Below, piece by piece: positions 56,292-64,000 of a stretch of DNA of 64,000 nucleotides. The position numbers and the translations under genes are program-made. Each line of letters opens with the position of its first letter. Position 1 is the stretch's first letter. The stretch is from Eledone cirrhosa (lineage: Eukaryota). The DNA lies in the NCBI GenBank assembly GCA_964016885.1, contig OZ024741.1:131378001-131442000 (forward strand), read 5' to 3'. The notes under the pieces are model-generated. The model ran no database searches and was not told where the DNA came from. It saw only the letters and a program-made list of their open reading frames with translations.

Positions 56292-57394
56292 ATTTGCTTA
56301 TTATATATAAAGACCCGGCATTGCTATTTTCCGTATACGTAGAAATAGTGCGTAGATATTAACTGGTAGACACTATGTACAGATGATACCTGACATTGTG
56401 TGTAAACATTATGTGTAAACATTATGTGTAAACATTATGTGTAAACACTAATTGGTAGATGTTCTGTATAGATGTTAAACGAAAGAGAGTAATTGTTAAC
56501 TAGATAGTTAGACACATGTATATACTGACTGTTTATATAGACACAATGAATACTAACTGAGATACAATATGTAGATGTTAACTGATAAACAGATTGAGTA
56601 GATGTTGACTCTGTAGATGCAGTGGTTAGATATTCGTTTCTTATATAAGCACAAGGCCAGCAATTTTGGGGAGAGGGGAAAATCGATTATATCGACCCCA
56701 GTGCGTGACTTGTATTTTATTTTATCGACCCCGTAAGGATGAAAGGCAAAGTTAACCTGGAGAGGATTTGAAATTAGATCATAAAGGGCCGTAACTCTAT
56801 GCTGCAAAGCGTGGCGTCCGACCCTCTACCAATACTGCCAATCTACAGACATGGTGTGTAGATAGATGCGGGTTGCATTTACAAGCAGAATACTCGTTAG
56901 TTGACTATTCAATCATAAGTTAACCAGCCCTAACAGATTAATAACACACATCCTATGAAACTCCGCCTTAACGTTAACGATCTCGATCTCATTCCACATG
57001 GTTAAAGTAATTATTCCTCCCACATTCCACCCCTGCACGCACTCCTTTCCATCTCAATGACCTTATTTTATGTCCTACATCTCCACGAAAGGAATTACAC
57101 CCTGTTAAAGTCATTTACTCATAAATTGAGGCAGGAACACAACAAAAACAGCTACAAATAAAGCAACAACTACAAGTACAACAACAACTAAAGCTACAAC
57201 TACAGCTACAACTATAACAATGCAATTTGCCATAACTTTTGCCAAACCCCATTTATTGCTCTTTAAACAGTAACACCATCCTATCTATCTATCACTCTTC
57301 TCTCAAACTCACTCTCTTTCACTCTCTTTATATATGCACAAGCACACAGACACACAGACAGACACACACACGCGCGCGCGTTCGCGCTCATATA

Positions 57395-57470
<76 letters not shown>

Positions 57471-57583
57471 ATAATAATAAATGTGAAGATCCCGTTAAGG
57501 GTGAAAGCCGCGATTATTTGCTTAAACTTTAATCTATTTTAATAAATAAATATATATATATATCGCGGATCCTCAGCTCGGAT

Positions 57584-57623
57584 CCGAGCTGAGGATCCGT
57601 TAAGGTGAAACAATTGTTCTCGG
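57584..57623 (+). ncRNA. Minimal type I hammerhead motif (GUU), same family as 33400-33554
   Basis: ccgag CTGAGGA t cc gttaa gg t GAAA c aatt GTT ctcgg; in a TA-flanked insert 57564-57720. Confidence 0.75.
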
Positions 57624-57761
57624 TATGGTGAACTAACTGCTGTGTAACCACTTCTACCTAACTCGTCCCATGGACTGAGTGCTCTACCACTACGGATATT
57701 ACCTTCCAGTGTTCTACCTCTATATATATATGTCGATCGACTGGTTATTGATTAGGAGATA

Positions 57762-57871
57762 CCCGCTGATGAAGCAGCATAAGCCGATTGTGCATTGTTG
57801 CATAATATATGCAGACAGATGGTGCAGTGCACCTGACTGCTGCATTAGTGCTGCAGAAACTCGGGTCCGGG
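57762..57871 (+). ncRNA. Type I hammerhead motif with ~70-nt insertion in stem II (GUC)
   Basis: cccg CTGATGA a gcagca..tgctgc a GAAA c tcgg GTC cggg; insert flanked by TA and (TTA)n/(TA)n. Confidence 0.7.
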
Positions 57872-58014
57872 AACCTTATAGGCACCCATTTTACGTGTGT
57901 TGTGTTGAGGCAAATAACTATGTGTATACTCTGGTAATGTATCTTACATTGCCATTGAGTGCGCTGAGATACAACCGGTACTGGCATTGATAAATATGCT
58001 GGGTCCGTCAACCC

Positions 58015-58077
<63 letters not shown>

Positions 58078-58452
58078 CGTGTGTTTCTTTCTATCCCTCA
58101 CTCACCATTCCACCTGTCTGCCCTCTCCCCAACTCTTTATGTTATCTTCACATCTCCCTCTACACCCTCCTAAATAACCTCTCTCTATTTCTCTGTTTTC
58201 TCATACAAGACGTCTCAGCCTTCTCCTCAGTTATCTTTCTTTCTTTTACTGATTTCTACCATTCTCATTTCTTTCAGTATTTCTATTTCCCAACTCCTTT
58301 TTCACACACACACATACACACACACACACACAGAAACACACACACACACACACATACAAAACCCTCTTTTCTCAAAATAGTCCTCTCCATCGTTCTTTCT
58401 TTTTCTCTGTCTTCTCTCTCTCTATATATATATATTGTTTATATACAGTATA

Positions 58453-58573
<121 letters not shown>

Positions 58574-59285
58574 CTGTGTGTGTGTGTGTGTGATAGTGTA
58601 CTACAGAATATATCGATTGCTTTCAACCAACACTCTATATAATGGAATGGACTTCATTCGGTTTCACCGATGAGCGTTCCGATTGTTCAATCAAAGAAAT
58701 AGTATGCCAATGAAATTAACGAGTTTCAAAGCATTCCACAGACTCGTATGCCCTTGACGTAATTCTTGGGGAATTTTAATGTGATATATTGTGTTACAAA
58801 TTACAATTCCTCCAATTGGCTTCCAAACAGTTTGAATGTACCAAATTTCACACACAATGCATGGGCTGATCCGAGACTAAGGTAAATAATGCATGTCAAA
58901 GGTGCCAGGCAGTGGGATCTAACCTTGGCCTTAATGATTACGAAGCAATCTCTTCAACCATTTTGTCATTCTCTATGTAAACGTCTTCCCCTGTGATCTC
59001 AGCATTGTTGTTTTTGAAGAAGCATATATATTTCGATAAACATTCCTAAAAATCTTTCCGGAATCCTAAATGAATATTGCTGTTGATTGATCGTGCTTTT
59101 AATCAATCCCACCGGGAAATACTTTCGAAAACAAAATTAGTTGTCTTACCGTTTACAATTGTTTCTACTTGATTTGATTGATGAGTTCAGAAATACCCTC
59201 AGACAATTGTTACCAAGTTAAGGTTTTTTTGTTAAACAGGAATACATTTCTTTGCTAAAAATGTCTATTTCACCATTAAATGCAA

Positions 59286-60775
59286 CACTGGAAGAAGAAA
59301 CTAACACAAATGAATAGTACTTTTTATTGTTTAACAAATATATTACACTAAATGTTGAATTACATTTATTAAGATAGATATTTCTGACAAACTAAGAGTT
59401 CCACCTACTCCAGGAATGAAATTTCTCTTTGCTGCTTTGAGTGAATAACTTGCATTGCGACAGTCTCTTTACAGACACCAGCAGTTATCACCCTTCATGT
59501 TTGCATTCCACCTGCCTTAATACCTGGACTCCATAGTATTGTTGTATTGTTGGAATCTTTCTCCTTGCTCATCATTCATTGAACCAGGATTTTTAGGGAA
59601 GTAGTCCAGATGACTGTGCAGGAAATGCACTTTTATATTCATATTCCAGCCCTGTGTCCGGAAACTGGTTAATAGGTTCTGCACAAGTTCTTCATAATTG
59701 GACGACTTCCCATTTCCCAGGAAATCAGACACAACAGAAGGAAAAGCATTCCACGCAATAGCCACCCGGTGACTCTTCAAACAAACCAGCCTTAATTTTC
59801 TCGCAAGACAAGGCTAAAAGCTTTCTGCTTAAGTATTTGAAATGTTCACCCTCATGGTCCAAGTCTTTCAAAAAATGCTTTATCAGCCCAAGCTTGATAT
59901 GCAATGGGAGAAGAAAAATCTTTCTGGGATTAATTAACAACTTGTTTAAAACATTCTTCTCTCCAATTTTAAACTCCCTTCTATCTGGCCATATCTTTTG
60001 TATCCAATGATCACTTTTTGCTCGACTGTCCGAAAGACACAATAAGCAAGGATACTTGGTATAACCAACTTGTAGACTAAGAAGCAATTCAATGGCTTTC
60101 AAGTCCCTCACATGTGGTCCAGTTGTATTCTTCATACCACGTCTTTCCAAGCACTATTTTCATACAGCTTTTATTTTCCTTCAGCTTTACCAAATATTCA
60201 AAGTAACCTCACAATTACAACATTTGAAAATACCAATTTTCATAAGAAATAGTTAAAGGTCCAACAAAACATGTCTCACCTGGTTTCCAATGATAGTCAC
60301 ATTAAATCAAGCACAGCGTGGGCATATCTACAGACGAATACAGCAAATTCCACAAATATGAGACATGCATGATATCAAAGACTACAAATAAGAGACATGT
60401 ATGCTATCAAGGACCACAAAATGTGTTGTTTATTAACATCTAATTGTGTAACAGACATTTCTCTCATCATCATGGTATTTAAAACAGGTAATATTGAAAA
60501 TGATGAAAGTTACTCAGGTTTGATGCATTTGTACATGCATTTACTGTAAATGACATTGAAAATCTGTTTTCAAAATTATTTCAAGCTCCGTATATGGGTC
60601 TGCAGTTGAGGAAGCCCAATCCATCCCGAGAAATAGTGACAATACCGTAAACGTTGAAAAATGGACATTTGAGTTTGTGAAAATTCTTGATGTGATAGAG
60701 CAAAATGGATTTCATTTTTGAAATCAGCATCCCAAAATGACCAGGAAGAAACATAAAATATTATGTTCCCCAGTG
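59286..60775 (-). mobile_element. Chapaev3-like (CMC/Transib-related) DNA transposon relic; left boundary uncertain
   Basis: DLKAIELLLSLQVGYTKYPCLLC, LPLHIKLGL, KVHFLHSHLDYFP..DEQGERFQQ motifs; cactgg ends at 59286 and (reverse) 60775; family call from recalled motif pattern. Confidence 0.65.
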
Positions 60776-61285
60776 TTCTCAGTTAAGAGGATGTAGTTTC
60801 TAGAAACTGAATTATCAGCTACAAAAGTTTTTGCACAATAAATAAACTATTTCAACGTATCAAATATTACAAGCTAAAATTTGAATATTAAATCCAGGAT
60901 ATAAAAAGAAGTTATAGGCAACGAAATGTCAGAGTCAAATGTCAGAAGAAATAATTTTCGGTTTTTGTTCCGGTTTCCTTCCTAATATGTTCAAATCCCA
61001 CCGTGGTCAACATTTTCTTTCATACATTTAAGGTCGGTAAATACAGTGCCAGTTAAATACTAGGTTTCTTTTTTCACCTTTATATTTCTTTCTCCTTTCT
61101 GCCCATACTACTCACAACCCTCTGTCTTCCCCCATCTCAACCTACCTTTCCTTCTTTCTCTCTAAAAGAAGAAGAAGAAGAAGAAGAAGAAGAAGAAGAA
61201 GAAGAAGAAGAAGAAGAAGAAGAAGAAATAAGCCATTTTCCGACCCATCAGGTGTGGAGGGCTCATCACATGCTATATAAATAGA

Positions 61286-61890
61286 TAATTGTTTCTACTT
61301 TAGGCACAAGTCCAGCAATTACCCAGTGCATTACTGGTACTTTATTTTATCGACCCCGTAAGGCTGAAAGGCAAAGTTAACCTAGGCGGGATTTGAGCTC
61401 AGACCGTAATGGGACGTAACTATGCTGGAAAGCATGGCGTCCGACCATCTAGCGATACTGCCAATCAACCGCCCTTATAAATAGGTAATGGCTTCTGATT
61501 TAGCCACACGGCCAACAATTTTAGAAGAGGGGAGAGTCGAGTAAATCGATCCCTGTATGTGATTGGCACTTAATTTTATTGACCCCGTAAAGGTCAAAGG
61601 CAAATCTAACCCCAACGAGATATGAACTCAGAATGTAAAAACCCTAACTATATGCCACAAAGAATGTCGTCCGCCGCTCTACCGATACAGCCAATTAAGT
61701 TTATATAATTGCTTCTACTTTTGGCACAAGGCCAGCAATTATCCAGTGCATTACTGGTAAAGTACCATTTTATCGACCCCGTAAGGATGAAAGGCAAAGT
61801 TACCCTCGGCGGGATTTGAACTCAGAATGGCAAGGGCCGTAACTCTATGCATCAAGGCATGGCGTCCGCTGCTCTGTCGATACTGCCAAT
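61286..61890 (-). mobile_element. Three consecutive SINE copies
   Basis: Consensus repeated at ~61286-61475, ~61485-61695, ~61705-61890; aagtttatataat flanks the last copy (TSD-like). Confidence 0.8.
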
Positions 61891-62073
61891 CAAGTTTATA
61901 TAATAGCTTCATTTAAGACTACGTTTGCATGTGAAACTATGAACTCACCATCTACGACTTTTCAGCTTAACGTACAATTCATAACCCATTCTATCGACAT
62001 CATTGTATCTATGTTTGTTTATATCTCTCAAATGTTTATATCTATCAAATGGGCATGGTTATACGGAACGTAT

Positions 62074-62325
62074 AAGCAGAAAGCTTTTAGCCTTGTCTTG
62101 CGAGAAAATTAAGGCTGGTTTGTTTGAAGAGTCACCGGGTGGCTATTGCGTGGAATGCTTTTGCTTCTGTTGTGTCTGATTTCCTGGGAAATGGGAAGTC
62201 GTCCAATTATGAAGAACTTGCGCAGAACCTATTAACCAGTTTCCGGACACAGGGCTGGAATATGAGTATAAAAGTGCATTTCCTGCACAGTCATCTGGAC
62301 TACTTCCCTAAAAATCCTGGTTCAA
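62074..62325 (+). repeat. Near-identical inverted duplicate of ~59577-59831 (transposase relic segment)
   Basis: ORF 62124..62354 repeats ORF 59517..59780 with about three substitutions. Confidence 0.9.
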
Positions 62326-62361
62326 ATCGGTATGGTGAACTAACTGTTGTGTAACCACTTC

Positions 62362-62392
<31 letters not shown>

Positions 62393-62592
62393 GGTAGGTT
62401 GAGATGGGGGAAGACAGAGGGTTGTGAGTAGTATGGGCAGAAAGGAGAAAGAAATCTGCCTCTGCTTCTATCTTTACACACGGCACTGGACAGAATTGCT
62501 TCCACATCATTCATTCTCATCTCGGGAACAATTTTGAATAGCGCCAGTTCGTAATTTGAACTCCGGAATTTTATATTCTCCGAGTGAAAAGA

Positions 62593-62679
62593 ACCTTCTG
62601 ACGAGAGTTTATCTTTTAAATGGAAGGCAACAAGGACTGTCCATTTATTTTTGAGACTCGAAACCGATTCGGTAAAGGT
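62593..62679 (+). ncRNA. Type I hammerhead ribozyme motif with canonical G10.1-C11.1 pair (GUA)
   Basis: acctt CTGACGA gagttt..taaatgga..tccattta..agactc GAAA ccgattcg GTA aaggt. Confidence 0.85.
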
Positions 62680-62858
62680 AACCATAGTGAGTACAGTGAA
62701 TTTTTTGAAATTTATTTTGAAACTTTTTCTTATTTGCTAAACCTTGACTATATATGTTCTGGCTCGTTAATTTAATAACTAGCCATTGAACCACATTGGC
62801 ATATGGTTGGACAATACATGTGTCCCTGGACGCTTTTTGCGTGTAGGGATATATACTT

Positions 62859-62933
<75 letters not shown>

Positions 62934-62937
<4 letters not shown>

Positions 62938-63304
62938 TAAACGGAATAGAAAATGCTGACAAATTGTTCACAGTGAAAAATAGTTTAATTAGGAATAAGT
63001 GAGAATTAGTAATAGTATTGGTTAGTATTCAGTTTTGGTTTTAAGTTTTACCGGTTGCGTATTTCTAATGCTTTTCAAAAATAATTTTGAGATAGAGCGT
63101 CCGTGATGTTTGCTCAGATCAGAGCAAACATCACGGACGCTCTATCTCAAAATTATTTTTGAAAAGCATTAGAAATGCGTAACCGGTAAAAACTTAAAAC
63201 CAAAACTGAATACTAACCAATACTATTACTAATTCTCACTTATTCCTAATTAAACTATTTTTCACTGTGAACAATTTGTCAGCATTTTCTATTCCGTTTA
63301 CCAA
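62934..63304. repeat. Near-perfect spacerless palindrome, ~185-bp arms, between TA arrays
   Basis: ttggtaaacggaatag..tttgctca GATC agagcaaa..ctattccgtttaccaa. Confidence 0.95.
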
Positions 63305-63337
63305 TATATCATAACTTGCGTGTTACACCTCTATTCT

Positions 63338-63389
<52 letters not shown>

Positions 63390-63398
<9 letters not shown>

Positions 63399-64000
63399 TT
63401 ATTTATTAAAATAACAGATTAAAGTTCAAGCAAATAATCGCGGCTTTCACGCTTAACGGGATCTTCTCATTTATTATTATTAATATATATATATATGCGT
63501 GTGTGTGTGTGTCTGTCTGTGTGTCTGTGTGCTTGTGCATATATAAAGAGAGTGAAAGAGAGTGAGTGTGAGAGAGGAGTGATAGATAGATAGGATGGTG
63601 TTACTGTTTAAAGAGCAATAAATGGGGTTTGGCAAAAGTTATGGCAAATTGCATTGTTATAGTTGTAGCTGTAGTTGTAGCTTTAGTTGTTGTTGTACTT
63701 GTAGTTGTTGCTTTATTTGTAGCTGTTTTTGTTGTGTTCCTGCCTCAATTTATGAGTAAATGACTTTAACAGGGTGTAATTCCTTTCGTGGAGATGTAGG
63801 ACATAAAATAAGGTCATTGAGATGGAAAAGAGTGCGTGCAGGGGTGGAATGTGGGAGGAATAATTACTTTAACCATGTGGAATGAGATCGAGATCGTTAA
63901 CGTTAAGGCGGAGTTTCATAGGATGTGTGTTATTAATCTGTTAGGGCTGGTTAACTTATGATTGAATAGTCAACTAACGAGTATTCTGCTTGTAAATGCA
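63390..64000. repeat. Inverted duplicate of ~56874-57560 (continues to window edge)
   Basis: Window end ..gtattctgcttgtaaatgca is the reverse complement of 56874 onward; colinear to aataaataaa at ~57550. Confidence 0.9.

Noticed and set aside
59517-60150. RAG1-like host gene
   Set aside because: The similarity is only the shared Transib/Chapaev motif pattern; the ORF is frameshifted and looks like a transposon relic.

Overview
AT-rich, microsatellite-dense animal (probably cephalopod/Octopus-like, an inference from the SINE and repeat style) intronic or intergenic DNA. No host protein-coding exon is recognisable, and most long ORFs are microsatellite translations. The window is a patchwork of decayed transposons: R4/Dong-like and CRE-like RLE LINEs, Tx1-like LINEs with (TATC)n tails, RTE and CR1/Jockey fragments, Penelope-like RT/GIY-YIG fragments, two mariners, a Chapaev3-like transposase relic, MITEs, a Helitron end and many tRNA-derived SINEs. 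The main hidden signal is a set of nine intact-core (and several decayed) type I hammerhead ribozyme motifs (stem I-CUGANGA-stem II-GAAA-short, mostly palindromic stem III-NUH) from several unrelated sequence families. They sit in short non-coding inserts in or beside (TA)n arrays. Several form head-to-head palindromes whose two 3' ends point outward into the TA runs, and one insert begins within 1 nt of a predicted self-cleavage site. This suggests a (TA)n-targeting, ribozyme-carrying, Penelope-mobilised retroelement system that leaves hairpins and local inverted duplications. All motifs were read and folded by eye; no search was run.
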